DNA of 64,000 nucleotides from an uncultured Anaerolineaceae bacterium (GTDB lineage Bacteria; Chloroflexota; Limnocylindria; Limnocylindrales; CSP1-4), in NCBI GenBank assembly GCA_964579825.1, contig CAZOHT010000004.1, positions 16,558 through 80,557 on the forward strand. Direction: 5' to 3'. Each line of letters begins with the position of its first letter. Position 1 is the stretch's first letter. The notes below the pieces were generated by a model. That model saw only the letters and a program-made list of their open reading frames with translations, had not been told where the DNA came from and ran no database searches. A program made the translations under genes and the position numbers. Of this stretch, positions 28,515 to 37,826 are shown piece by piece.

Positions 28515-29957
28515 ATGGCCGTCGGATCCTCCAACGACTTCGATCTGGTCGTGCTCGGCGCGGGCACGGGCGGGTACGCGGCGGCCTTTCGGGCCGCCCA
28601 GCTCGGCCTCCGCGTCGCGCTCGTGGACGAGGACAAGATCGGCGGCACGTGCCTCCATCGCGGCTGCATCCCGACCAAGGCGCTGCTGGAATCGGCCGCC
28701 TTCGCCGACAAGATCAAGCACGCGAAGGACTACGGCCTGGTGCTGCCGGGTGAGGCCACCGTGGACTACGCCGCGATGGCCGCTCGCCGCGACATGGTCG
28801 TCAAGCGGATGTGGACCGGGCTCAAGACCCTCGTCGACAAGAACAAGGTGACCTGGGTCCAGGGTCGCGGCCGGCTCGATGGCCCCCAGAAGGTCCGCGT
28901 CCTGCAGGCCGGCGAGGACGGGACGCCCGGCGCCGGCGGCGAGCGGATCCTCCAGGCCACCAACGTCATCGTCGCGACGGGTTCGCGGGTCAAGTCGCTG
29001 CCGGGGATCGTGCCGGATGGCAAGCGTATCCTCACCAGCGACGACGTCCTCAAGCTCGACACCCTGCCCAAGGACATCGTCATCATCGGCGGCGGCGCGG
29101 TCGGGGTCGAATTCGCCAGCATGTTCCACGACGTCGGGGTCAAGGTCACCCTGATCGAGTACCTGCCGCAGATCGTCCCGCTCGAGGACGCCGAGGTCAG
29201 CAAGGCGCTCGAGCGCAGCTTCACGAAGCGCGGCATCACCGTCATGACCAGCGCCCGGTTCGATGCGGCCAGCGTGAAGGCCTCGAAGACCGGCGTGAGC
29301 CTGACGGTCGGAGCGGAGGGCAAGGACGCGAGCGAGGTCTCCGCGGAGCTGCTGCTCGTCGCGACCGGGCGCGCGGCCAACATCGAGGACATCGGGCTCG
29401 AGACGACCAAGGTCGAGACCGACCGCGGGATCATCAAGGTCAACGGCCACATGCGCACGAAGGAGTCGCATGTCTACGCCGTCGGCGACATCGTCGGTGG
29501 GTTGTGGCTGGCGCACACGGCCGCCCACGAGGGGATCATCGCGGCGCACACGATCGCCGGCGAGTCCGACGTGCACGAGATGGACTACGAGAAGCAGCCG
29601 CATGCCACGTACTGCCGGCCCGAGATCGCCTCGATCGGCATCACCGAGGCACAGGCTCGGGAACGCGGCCACACGGTCAAGATCGGCAAGGTCCCGTTCA
29701 TGGCCATCGCCAAGGCGGTCATCGGTGGCGACTACGACGGCTTCGTCAAGATCGTCGCCGATGCGGACACGGACGACACCCTCGGCGTCCACATCATCGG
29801 GCCGCACGCCACGGATCTCATCGCCGAGGCGAGTCTGGCGGCGCTCCTCGAGGCGACGCCGTGGGAGATCGGGGCGGCGACCCATGCCCACCCGACGCTC
29901 TCGGAGATCCTGGGCGAGGCGGCGATGGCCGTCGACGGACGATCGATCAACTTCTGA
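28515..29957 (+). CDS. lpdA: Dihydrolipoyl dehydrogenase (E3)
   Basis: GAGTGGY..GGTCLHRGCIPTK redox-active disulfide; C-terminal HAHPTLSE. Confidence 0.95.
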   Translation: MAVGSSNDFDLVVLGAGTGGYAAAFRAAQLGLRVALVDEDKIGGTCLHRGCIPTKALLESAAFADKIKHAKDYGLVLPGEATVDYAAMAARRDMVVKRMWTGLKTLVDKNKVTWVQGRGRLDGPQKVRVLQAGEDGTPGAGGERILQATNVIVATGSRVKSLPGIVPDGKRILTSDDVLKLDTLPKDIVIIGGGAVGVEFASMFHDVGVKVTLIEYLPQIVPLEDAEVSKALERSFTKRGITVMTSARFDAASVKASKTGVSLTVGAEGKDASEVSAELLLVATGRAANIEDIGLETTKVETDRGIIKVNGHMRTKESHVYAVGDIVGGLWLAHTAAHEGIIAAHTIAGESDVHEMDYEKQPHATYCRPEIASIGITEAQARERGHTVKIGKVPFMAIAKAVIGGDYDGFVKIVADADTDDTLGVHIIGPHATDLIAEASLAALLEATPWEIGAATHAHPTLSEILGEAAMAVDGRSINF

Positions 29958-29982
29958 TCCACCTGGAGGCCGGACCCGAGCG

Positions 29983-31017
29983 ATGGCCGTGACCAAGGGC
30001 AAGGACAGCCTCGGCGCTTCCGTCGGACTTTCCGACGCGGACCTGCTCGCGATGTACCGGATGGTCGCGCTCGCGCGTGCGGTCGACGAGCGGATGTGGA
30101 TCCTCAATCGGGCGGGCCGGATCCCGTTCGTCATCAGCGGCCAGGGCCACGAGGGCGCGCAGGTGGCGATCGCCTGGGCGTTCGAGAAGGGCCACGACTG
30201 GATCGCGCCGTTCTATCGCTCGATCGCGACGTGCATGACGTTCGGGATGAGCGCCCGCGACATCATGACCGCCCAGTACGCGACCGCGGGCGATCCGTCA
30301 TCCGGCGGTCGCCAGATGCCCGGGCATTACGGGTCGCACGAGCACAACCTGGTGTCCGTCAGCTCGCCGGTCGCGACGCAGCTGCTCCACGCCGTTGGGA
30401 TCGCCCTGGCCGCCAAGATCCGCAAGACCGGGCAGGTCGCGATGGCCAGCATGGGCGAGGGCTCCTCGAACCAGGGCGACGTCCACGAGGGCCTCAACTT
30501 CGCTGCGATCCACAAGCTGCCGTTCGTGTTCGTGGTCGAGAACAACGGCTACGCCATCAGCGTGCCGGCGGTCATGGAGGTGTCGGTGGCGGACGTTGCG
30601 GACCGGGCGTCCGGCTACGGGATCCCGGGCGTCGTCGTCGATGGGTCGGATGTGCTGGCGTGCTACGCCGCGGCCCGCGATGCGGTGGCGCGGGCACGGG
30701 CCGGCGAAGGACCCACGCTCATCGAAGCCAAAGTGACCCGACTCACGGCGCACTCGTCGGACGACCAGCAGACCAAGTACCGCTCGGCCGAGGATCTCGC
30801 CTCCGGACTGGGGCACGACGCCCTGCCTCGGTTCCGCGCGCAACTCCGCGAGGCCGGGATCCTGACCGACGAGATCGAGGCGGCCCTGACCGCCGAACTC
30901 AAGGCGATCGTGGAGGACGCGACCGACTTCGCCGAGGCCGAACCGGACCCGGATCCCGCGACCGCCATGCGGTATGTCTACGCCGAGACGCCCGGGCCCG
31001 CCGGAGGCCTCGACTGA
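29983..31017 (+). CDS. 2-oxoacid (pyruvate/branched-chain) dehydrogenase E1 alpha subunit, TPP-dependent
   Basis: MAVTKGKD...; GEGSSNQGDVHEGLNFAA..VVENNGYAIS TPP motif. ATG 29983 is preceded by GGAGG. Confidence 0.9.
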   Translation: MAVTKGKDSLGASVGLSDADLLAMYRMVALARAVDERMWILNRAGRIPFVISGQGHEGAQVAIAWAFEKGHDWIAPFYRSIATCMTFGMSARDIMTAQYATAGDPSSGGRQMPGHYGSHEHNLVSVSSPVATQLLHAVGIALAAKIRKTGQVAMASMGEGSSNQGDVHEGLNFAAIHKLPFVFVVENNGYAISVPAVMEVSVADVADRASGYGIPGVVVDGSDVLACYAAARDAVARARAGEGPTLIEAKVTRLTAHSSDDQQTKYRSAEDLASGLGHDALPRFRAQLREAGILTDEIEAALTAELKAIVEDATDFAEAEPDPDPATAMRYVYAETPGPAGGLD

Positions 31018-32000
31018 TGCCCGCGATGACGTTCATCGAGGCCATCCGATCCACGCTCGCGGACGAGATGCGGCGTGACGACACGGTCATCGTCCTGGGC
31101 GAGGACGTCGGCAAGAAGGGTGGCGTCTTCCTCGCCACGGACGGCCTGTGGGCGGAGTTCGGCGAGGAGCGGGTCATCGACACGCCCCTGACGGAATCGA
31201 TGATCGTCGGCACATCGATCGGGGCCGCCGTCAACGGCATCCGGCCGGTCGCCGAGATCCAGTTCGCCGACTTCATCTTCCCGGCCTTCAACCAGATCGT
31301 GTCCGAGGCGGCCCGGATGCGCTATCGCTCGAACAACGGCTACTCGGTCCCGATGACGATCCGCGCCCCATACGGCGGCGGCGTCCATGGTGCCCTGTAC
31401 CACTCGCAGTCGGTCGAGGCGTTCTTCACCCACGTCCCGGGCTTGAAGGTCGTCGTGCCGTCCACCCCCTACGACGCCCGCGGCCTGCTGCGCTCATCCA
31501 TCCGGGACGACGATCCCGTGCTCTTCTTCGAGCACAAGAAGATGTATCGATCCGTCCGCGGCGAGGTCCCGGACACGGACTATGTCGTCCCGCTCGGCAA
31601 GGCGGCCGTGACCCATCCCGGGTCGCAGGTGACCGTCATCGCCTACGGGCTCATGGCGCACTACGCCCTCGAGGCGGCGGATCGTTGCGCGGAGGAGGGG
31701 ATCAGCGTCGAGGTCGTCGACCTGCGCACGCTTCGGCCACTGGACCGCGACACCGTGCTCGAGTCCGTCAAGAAGACCGGCAAGTGCCTGATCGTCTACG
31801 AGGACAACAAGTTCGGGGGCTACGGCTCGGAGGTCGCGGCGATCGTCGCCGAGGAGGCGTTCGACTACCTCGACGGCCCGGTCACCCGGATCGCCGGACC
31901 CGAAGTGCCGGGCGTCCCCTACAACCACGCCCTCGAGGACTGGTTCATGGTGAACCCGGACAAGATCGCCGACGGCATCCGAGCCCTGGCGGCGTATTGA
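31017..32000 (+). CDS. 2-oxoacid dehydrogenase E1 beta subunit
   Basis: MPAMTFIEAIRSTL..VIDTPLTE..; TGATG junction with E1 alpha. Confidence 0.9.
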   Translation: MPAMTFIEAIRSTLADEMRRDDTVIVLGEDVGKKGGVFLATDGLWAEFGEERVIDTPLTESMIVGTSIGAAVNGIRPVAEIQFADFIFPAFNQIVSEAARMRYRSNNGYSVPMTIRAPYGGGVHGALYHSQSVEAFFTHVPGLKVVVPSTPYDARGLLRSSIRDDDPVLFFEHKKMYRSVRGEVPDTDYVVPLGKAAVTHPGSQVTVIAYGLMAHYALEAADRCAEEGISVEVVDLRTLRPLDRDTVLESVKKTGKCLIVYEDNKFGGYGSEVAAIVAEEAFDYLDGPVTRIAGPEVPGVPYNHALEDWFMVNPDKIADGIRALAAY

Positions 32001-32740
32001 TGCCCGCCGAGGTTCCTGGCGCCGCAGCGCCCGTGACACCACCGGCCCCGGCGGCTCCTCGTCAGCCGATCACGCTCGAGGGATCGGCAGCCGAGCTCCA
32101 GATCCTCGCCGCCGAGCACTCGAGCCTCCTGACGGCCCGGTCGCTCGTCTACAACGAGGCGTTCACCCGCGCGAGCATGTTCCTGGACCTGCTCGGGATG
32201 TCGTTCGTGGGGCTCGCGCTGCTGGCCACGGCGGTCGGGTTCGGCCAGGACTTCCTCATCGTGGCCGTCATCGTGCTCGCGTTCGACTTCCTTGTCGGCG
32301 TCCTGACGTACGTGCGCGTCATGACCGCGAACGGCGAGGACTTCTTCGCGATGCACGCCATGAACCGGATCCGCCACGGATACCTCCTGATCGCCCCGAA
32401 CGTACGGCCGTTCTTCACGAGCGGCAGCCACGACGATGTCGACGGCGTCATGCGGTCCTACGGCTACGCCGTCCAGGGCGGCAACGACCTGATCCAGGGC
32501 CTCTCCACCTCGGGCGGCATGGTCGGGCTCATCGTGACGTTCGTCGGAGGTCTGCTGGTTGCAGCCGTCGCCTTGCTGGTCGGACTCTCGGCCATGGGCG
32601 CGCTCATCGCCGGAGTGGTCGGAGCGGTCGTCGTGTTCGCGGTCGCCGCACGATGGGCGTTGGGCCTGGTCGCCCACAGCCAGGAGACAGTGGAGACTCG
32701 ATTCCCGACCCCGCCTGCCGGGCCGAAGCCCCGGTCCTGA
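32000..32740 (+). CDS. Hypothetical polytopic membrane protein embedded in the 2-oxoacid dehydrogenase cluster
   Basis: 246 aa, about 4 TM. TGATG junction with E1 beta. No family recognised. Confidence 0.6.
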   Translation: MPAEVPGAAAPVTPPAPAAPRQPITLEGSAAELQILAAEHSSLLTARSLVYNEAFTRASMFLDLLGMSFVGLALLATAVGFGQDFLIVAVIVLAFDFLVGVLTYVRVMTANGEDFFAMHAMNRIRHGYLLIAPNVRPFFTSGSHDDVDGVMRSYGYAVQGGNDLIQGLSTSGGMVGLIVTFVGGLLVAAVALLVGLSAMGALIAGVVGAVVVFAVAARWALGLVAHSQETVETRFPTPPAGPKPRS

Positions 32741-32755
32741 TCGTCGAGGAGCACC

Positions 32756-33958
32756 TCAGGGGGAGGTGACGACCTCGATGGGGAGGGGGCGATCCAGGAA
32801 CTCGGCCAGTCGGTCGACCTCGGCCTTGAGTTCGGCCCTGACGCCGGAGCGCCAGCGCTCGAGCGGCTGCACGGCGATCCCGCCGCGCTTGCCGGCCGTC
32901 AGCTCCCAGGTGCCCTCGACCCGCCCGTCGACGATCACGACCGGGGTGACCCAGCCGGCGACCCGGTAGATCCGATCGTGATGGGTCGAGGTCATGACCG
33001 CGTCCGTGCGGCGTGGCAGCTCGTTGATCCAGGGGTCGAAGCCGGGCAGGAGGCGGACGCCGACGAAGGGTTCGGTCGCCTGCAGTGCCTCGACGTCCTC
33101 GGGGAGGATCCACTGCCGCGAGCCGGCCACGTCGATGTCCACGACCTCGTCGCCTAGGAGCGCGCGCGCCTCGTTGATGAGTCCGGCGCGAACGGAGCCC
33201 CACCAGCGGGCCGTGGCGTCGCTGCCGGAGCCGGGAAACGCGGCCAGGAAGTCCCGGATCAGGCCGGCGAGGGCGTCCAGGGGAGTGAGCGGGATCGCGC
33301 GGCGCTCGGCGGGCGACGCGGCGGCCAGTTCCTCGGGCGAAACGGGTCGTCGGAGCCAGGCGCTGGGCCGGACGAACGTCACATTTCGCCCGGCCGGTGG
33401 GCCGAACGCGAGGAGGCCGCGCTGAGCGACGGGGCCCAGGAACGTGCCCCAGCCGGAGCGGAGCTTCGTCGCGACGACCGGATCGGCGAGGTGCGCGGCG
33501 ATGGCATCGGCCAGCTCGGCGCGAAGCATCGGGCTGGCCGTGAGGGTCTCCCCGGCGGCCGCGATGATGGCCTCGACCTGCTCGAACGTGATGTCGAACG
33601 CCTTCTGCCACGGCGCCTCACGCCAGCGCTCGCGGGTCCCGGACGCCATGACGACACGCGCGAGATCCTCGGGGGTCAGCAGGTGCAGCGTGCCGCGCAT
33701 CGACCACGCCTTCACGAGCGACCGCTCGCTGGCGAGGGCGTCGCGGACATCCGCCGGGCGGAGGCCGTCGATCCGCGCCGCCAGTTGCAGTTCGGCGGCA
33801 CTCGCCACCTGGGCGTGCACGCCGACCATCTCGCGAACGACGTCGACCAGCCGATCCGGCGTCGTCCGTTCGACGACATGGTGCTTGTGCAGCCGATACG
33901 TGACGACCTGGGGCCACGTGACGGTGGCGACAGGCACGGGGGCGGTGGATCGGGGCAT
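32756..33958 (-). CDS. Winged-helix DNA-binding domain protein (DUF1006 / YcaQ-like)
   Basis: MPRSTAPV...; VGVHAQ and KAWSMRGTLHLL motifs. ATG 33958 lies within track ORF 32756..34132. Confidence 0.7.
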   Translation of the reverse strand: MPRSTAPVPVATVTWPQVVTYRLHKHHVVERTTPDRLVDVVREMVGVHAQVASAAELQLAARIDGLRPADVRDALASERSLVKAWSMRGTLHLLTPEDLARVVMASGTRERWREAPWQKAFDITFEQVEAIIAAAGETLTASPMLRAELADAIAAHLADPVVATKLRSGWGTFLGPVAQRGLLAFGPPAGRNVTFVRPSAWLRRPVSPEELAAASPAERRAIPLTPLDALAGLIRDFLAAFPGSGSDATARWWGSVRAGLINEARALLGDEVVDIDVAGSRQWILPEDVEALQATEPFVGVRLLPGFDPWINELPRRTDAVMTSTHHDRIYRVAGWVTPVVIVDGRVEGTWELTAGKRGGIAVQPLERWRSGVRAELKAEVDRLAEFLDRPLPIEVVTSP

Positions 33959-34294
33959 GCGGCGACCATAGCGCCTCGCGACGGCGGTCGAGCGGTCGGC
34001 CCCGGGTGCATGTGGTGACCATCTGGGACAACGAGGGCGTCGAGGTGGTCGTAAGGCGCGTGACGTGCACCGTGCTGACATCGGGGCCCAGTCGGTTGGT
34101 GGATCGGTGCGTCGGGGGCACCGATGGGACACGCAGGATGGTCTTGCTGGTCGATACGGTCGCGTGGTGCACCAAGGACCGGGCGGCGACCCCGACGCCG
34201 CCCGCCGCGGCCGCTACGCCACGCGGCTCGCCACTCGGCCCCAGATGGGCGACACTACGCCGAACGACTCGCGCGCGACCGGAGGACAGGATCA

Positions 34295-35683
34295 GTGGCC
34301 AAGGTGACGATGCCGCAGCTCGGTGAGAGCGTGGCCGAGGGAACGATCGGCAAGTGGCTCAAGCAACCGGGCGACCACGTCGCCAAGTACGAGCCGCTCC
34401 TCGAGGTCATCACGGACAAGGTCAACGCCGAGGTGCCGTCGCCGTTCGAGGGCATCCTGCGCGAGATCCTGGCCGAGGAGGGCGCGACCGTCCCGAACGA
34501 CGCCGAGATCGCGATCATCGACACGGCCGACGGCGAGGCACCTGCCGCGACCGGCCCGGTCGCCACCTCCGAACCGGCCGCCAAGCCGTCATTCGAGCCC
34601 GCGGATGGCCCGGCCGGCTCCGACGAGCGCCCCGTGACGCCACCGCCCGTTCCGACCCCGGCACCCGTGCCCCAGTCGATCCCGGCCGCGGCGGCCGCCG
34701 CTCCGGCCGCCACCGGCGATGCCGACGCCCGGATGACCCCGGCGGTCCGCCGCCTGCTGCGCGAACACGACCTGACCCCCGCCCAGATCACCGGCACCGG
34801 TGGCGGCGGACGGATCACCCGCGAGGACGTCCTGGCCGTCGTCGAGGCCATGCGGACCGGCAGCCCGGCGCCGAGCGCCGCACCGGCTGCGAACGCCTCC
34901 CGTGAGCCCGTCGCGATCCCGGTCGCCCCGGCCGCCAAGGCTCCGACCGGCGCCCCGATCGTGTTCCCCGACGGCGTCGACGAAGTCCTTCTGCCGATGA
35001 CCCAGATGCGCAAGGGCATCGCCGCGCAGATGACCCGCGCGCTGCTCGTCCCCCACGCCTACGTCCACATGGAAGTCGACGTCAGCGGGCTGGTCCGGGC
35101 ACGTGAAGCCGCCAAGCGCGAGTACCAGGCGCGCGAGGGGATCTCGCTCAGCTACGTCCCGTTCGTCATCAAGGCGACGGTCGAGGCGCTCAAGCAGTAC
35201 CCGACGTTCAACGCCCACTGGACCGAGGCCGGGATCCTCGCCAAGCGACGGATCCACATGGGCGTCGCGGTCGCGGTCGATGACGGCCTGCTCGTTCCGG
35301 CCGTCCGCGACGTGGACCAGCTGTCGATCAGCGGCCTGAACCGAGCCATCGCCGATGTCGCCGCCCGCGCCAGGGCCGGCAAGCTCCGCCTGGACGACTA
35401 CGGCGGCACGACCTTCACGATCGACAACACCGGCTGGTTCGGGTCCAACCTGACGATGCCGATCATCAACGTCCCCGAGGTCGCCATCCTCACGATGGAG
35501 GCGATCATCAAGCGCCCGGTCGTGCGCGAGACCCCCGAAGGCGACGTCATCGCCATCCGGCCGATGATGAACATGGTCATGGCCATCGACCATCGAGCCA
35601 ACGATGGCGCGCAGGCGGCCGCCTTCCTGCGCGCCGTGAAAGCCGCGCTGGAAGCCGTCGGACCGGACACCCCCGTCTATTGA
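34295..35683 (+). CDS. Dihydrolipoamide acyltransferase (E2)
   Basis: VAKVTMPQLGESVAEGT..EVITDKV lipoyl domain, Ala/Pro linker, PSBD (MTPAVRRLLREHDL), catalytic DHRANDG. GTG 34295 is preceded by GGAGGA. Confidence 0.9.
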   Translation: MAKVTMPQLGESVAEGTIGKWLKQPGDHVAKYEPLLEVITDKVNAEVPSPFEGILREILAEEGATVPNDAEIAIIDTADGEAPAATGPVATSEPAAKPSFEPADGPAGSDERPVTPPPVPTPAPVPQSIPAAAAAAPAATGDADARMTPAVRRLLREHDLTPAQITGTGGGGRITREDVLAVVEAMRTGSPAPSAAPAANASREPVAIPVAPAAKAPTGAPIVFPDGVDEVLLPMTQMRKGIAAQMTRALLVPHAYVHMEVDVSGLVRAREAAKREYQAREGISLSYVPFVIKATVEALKQYPTFNAHWTEAGILAKRRIHMGVAVAVDDGLLVPAVRDVDQLSISGLNRAIADVAARARAGKLRLDDYGGTTFTIDNTGWFGSNLTMPIINVPEVAILTMEAIIKRPVVRETPEGDVIAIRPMMNMVMAIDHRANDGAQAAAFLRAVKAALEAVGPDTPVY

Positions 35684-35696
35684 GTCGGCGGACGTC

Positions 35697-36680
35697 GTGA
35701 GCCGGCGCATCGTCGTCACGGGCGGCGCTGGATTCATCGGCGGTTCGATCGTCAGGCAGCTCGCCACTCGGGGCGACCACGTCGTCGCCTTGGTCCGGGA
35801 CCCCGCGCGCGCCCAGGCGACCGGTCTCGCCGGTCCGAACGTCGAGCTCGTCGCAAGCGACCTGTCAGATCCGACGACGATCGCCACTGCCCTGTCTCGC
35901 GCCGATGGCCTCATCCATGGCGCCGGATCGTACAAGGTGGGCATCGCCTCGAGCGAACGGGCCGCCATGTGGGACGCGAACGTCGGGACGACCGAACGGG
36001 TCCTGGCGGCCGCCCGCCTGGCCGGGACGCCGCGGATCGCGTATGTCTCCACTGTCGGCATCTTCGGCGACACCCATGGTCGCGAGGTCGACGAGACCTA
36101 CCGACGCGACCTTGCAGACGGCTTCCTGTCGACGTACGACGAAACGAAGTTCCGTGCCCACGAGGTCGCCGAAGCGGCCATCGCCGACGGCCTGCCGGTC
36201 GTCATCGCGCAGCCGGGACAGGTCTACGGCCCGGGCGACCACAGCCAGATCGGCGAGATCCTGGGCGATGCCTACCGCGGCACGTTGCGCTACCTGGCCC
36301 TGGGCGAGGTCGCCCTCGAGTTCGCCCACGTGGACGATACGGCTGCCGGGATCATCGCCGCACTGGACACGGGTCGCGTGGGCCAGGCGTATGTCGTGGC
36401 CGGCGAGCCGTCCACGCTCGAGGCTGCTGCCACGCTGGCCGCGCGACTTGGCGGACACGCGCGTCGACGCATCACCGTCCCGACCGGGCTTCTGCGTGCC
36501 ATCGCGCCCCTGAACGATCGACTCGGCGGGCTCCCCGGGATGCCCGCCAACCTCCACGAGACCATCGTCGCCGCCCAGGCCTCGTTCCTCGCGAGTCATG
36601 ACAAGGCCGCCCGCGAGCTCGCCTTCTCGCCTCGGTCCCTCGAGCAGGGGATCGTCGACACCTTCGGCGTACACTCCTGA
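35697..36680 (+). CDS. NAD-dependent epimerase/dehydratase family (extended SDR) protein
   Basis: VVTGGAGFIGGSIV Rossmann motif; 327 aa. Confidence 0.8.
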   Translation: MSRRIVVTGGAGFIGGSIVRQLATRGDHVVALVRDPARAQATGLAGPNVELVASDLSDPTTIATALSRADGLIHGAGSYKVGIASSERAAMWDANVGTTERVLAAARLAGTPRIAYVSTVGIFGDTHGREVDETYRRDLADGFLSTYDETKFRAHEVAEAAIADGLPVVIAQPGQVYGPGDHSQIGEILGDAYRGTLRYLALGEVALEFAHVDDTAAGIIAALDTGRVGQAYVVAGEPSTLEAAATLAARLGGHARRRITVPTGLLRAIAPLNDRLGGLPGMPANLHETIVAAQASFLASHDKAARELAFSPRSLEQGIVDTFGVHS

Positions 36681-36682
36681 CG

Positions 36683-37729
36683 ATGGCTCGCGAGCTTCCG
36701 ATGTTCACGCCCGACGATGGCGCCGGCGCCCACCAGCCTCCGGAGCTGTCGATCGCCATGGGCGGCATGGCGTCCGACCCTGCGAGTGGCGCCTCGGCGC
36801 TTCGCCGCCACCCCGACTGGATCCGGGCGCGGATGCCGTCGGGCGAGAACTACCACGAGCTCAAGGGCCTCATGCGGGGCCTCGGCCTCAACACCGTGTG
36901 CGAGGAGGCCCACTGCCCGAACATCGGGGAGTGCTGGGACCAGCGCACGGCCACGATCATGATCCTCGGCGATACCTGCACCCGCGCCTGCGGGTTCTGT
37001 GCCGTCAAGACCGGCCGGCCCACGTGGTTCGACGACGACGAGCCGCGCCGCGTCGCCGAGGCCGTCGGGGCGATGGGCCTGGAGCACGTCGTCGTGACGA
37101 GCGTCGCCCGTGACGACCTGCCGGACGGGGGCTCCGGGATCTTCGCCGAGACCATCCGCCAGATGCAGGCGCACTCGCCGGGGATGGGCATCGAGGTCCT
37201 CATCCCGGACTTCGATGGCTCGGATGACCGCCTGCGCACGGTCATGGACGCTCGGCCCGACATCCTCAACCACAATCTCGAGACCGTGAAACGGCTCCAG
37301 AAGCCGGTCCGCAAGCGCGCCCGCTGGGATCGCAGCCTGTACGTCCTGCGGCGGGCCAAGGAGATGGCGGGCGAGATCGGCTACGCGGCGCACACGAAGT
37401 CCAGCCTGATGGTCGGCCTGGGCGAGACGCGCGCGGAGCTCACCGAAGCCTTCGAGGCCCTGCGGGAGGCCGATGTCGACATCCTGACGGTCGGCCAGTA
37501 CCTGCGCCCGTCGCTCCAGCACCTGCCGCTGGAGCGCTACTACCACCCCGACGAGTTCGCCGAGATGAAGGTCGAGGCCCTCGCACTCGGGTTCAAGCAC
37601 GTCGAGTCCGCGCCGATGGTCCGCTCGAGCTACCACGCCCGAGACCAGGTCCCCGGGGCCGAGCTCAAGCGCCTGCGGCGCCAGGCGACCATCGATGCCG
37701 ACGGTCGGGTCATCCCGCTCGCCGGCTGA
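36683..37729 (+). CDS. lipA: Lipoyl synthase
   Basis: CEEAHCPNIGEC and CTRACGFC radical-SAM motifs. Confidence 0.95.
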   Translation: MARELPMFTPDDGAGAHQPPELSIAMGGMASDPASGASALRRHPDWIRARMPSGENYHELKGLMRGLGLNTVCEEAHCPNIGECWDQRTATIMILGDTCTRACGFCAVKTGRPTWFDDDEPRRVAEAVGAMGLEHVVVTSVARDDLPDGGSGIFAETIRQMQAHSPGMGIEVLIPDFDGSDDRLRTVMDARPDILNHNLETVKRLQKPVRKRARWDRSLYVLRRAKEMAGEIGYAAHTKSSLMVGLGETRAELTEAFEALREADVDILTVGQYLRPSLQHLPLERYYHPDEFAEMKVEALALGFKHVESAPMVRSSYHARDQVPGAELKRLRRQATIDADGRVIPLAG

Positions 37730-37826
37730 CGTCGCCATCCGTACGGATGGCTGGCGCGTATGACGGATATGGATGCTGGGACGGACACGACGATGCCGCA
37801 TCCCGAACACCAGGCACGATGATCCG

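Noticed and set aside
27660-30134. 824-aa minus-strand ORF over plsY, lpd and E1alpha
   Set aside because: Shadow frame. It overlaps three motif-supported genes, including the lpd redox disulfide motif on the plus strand.
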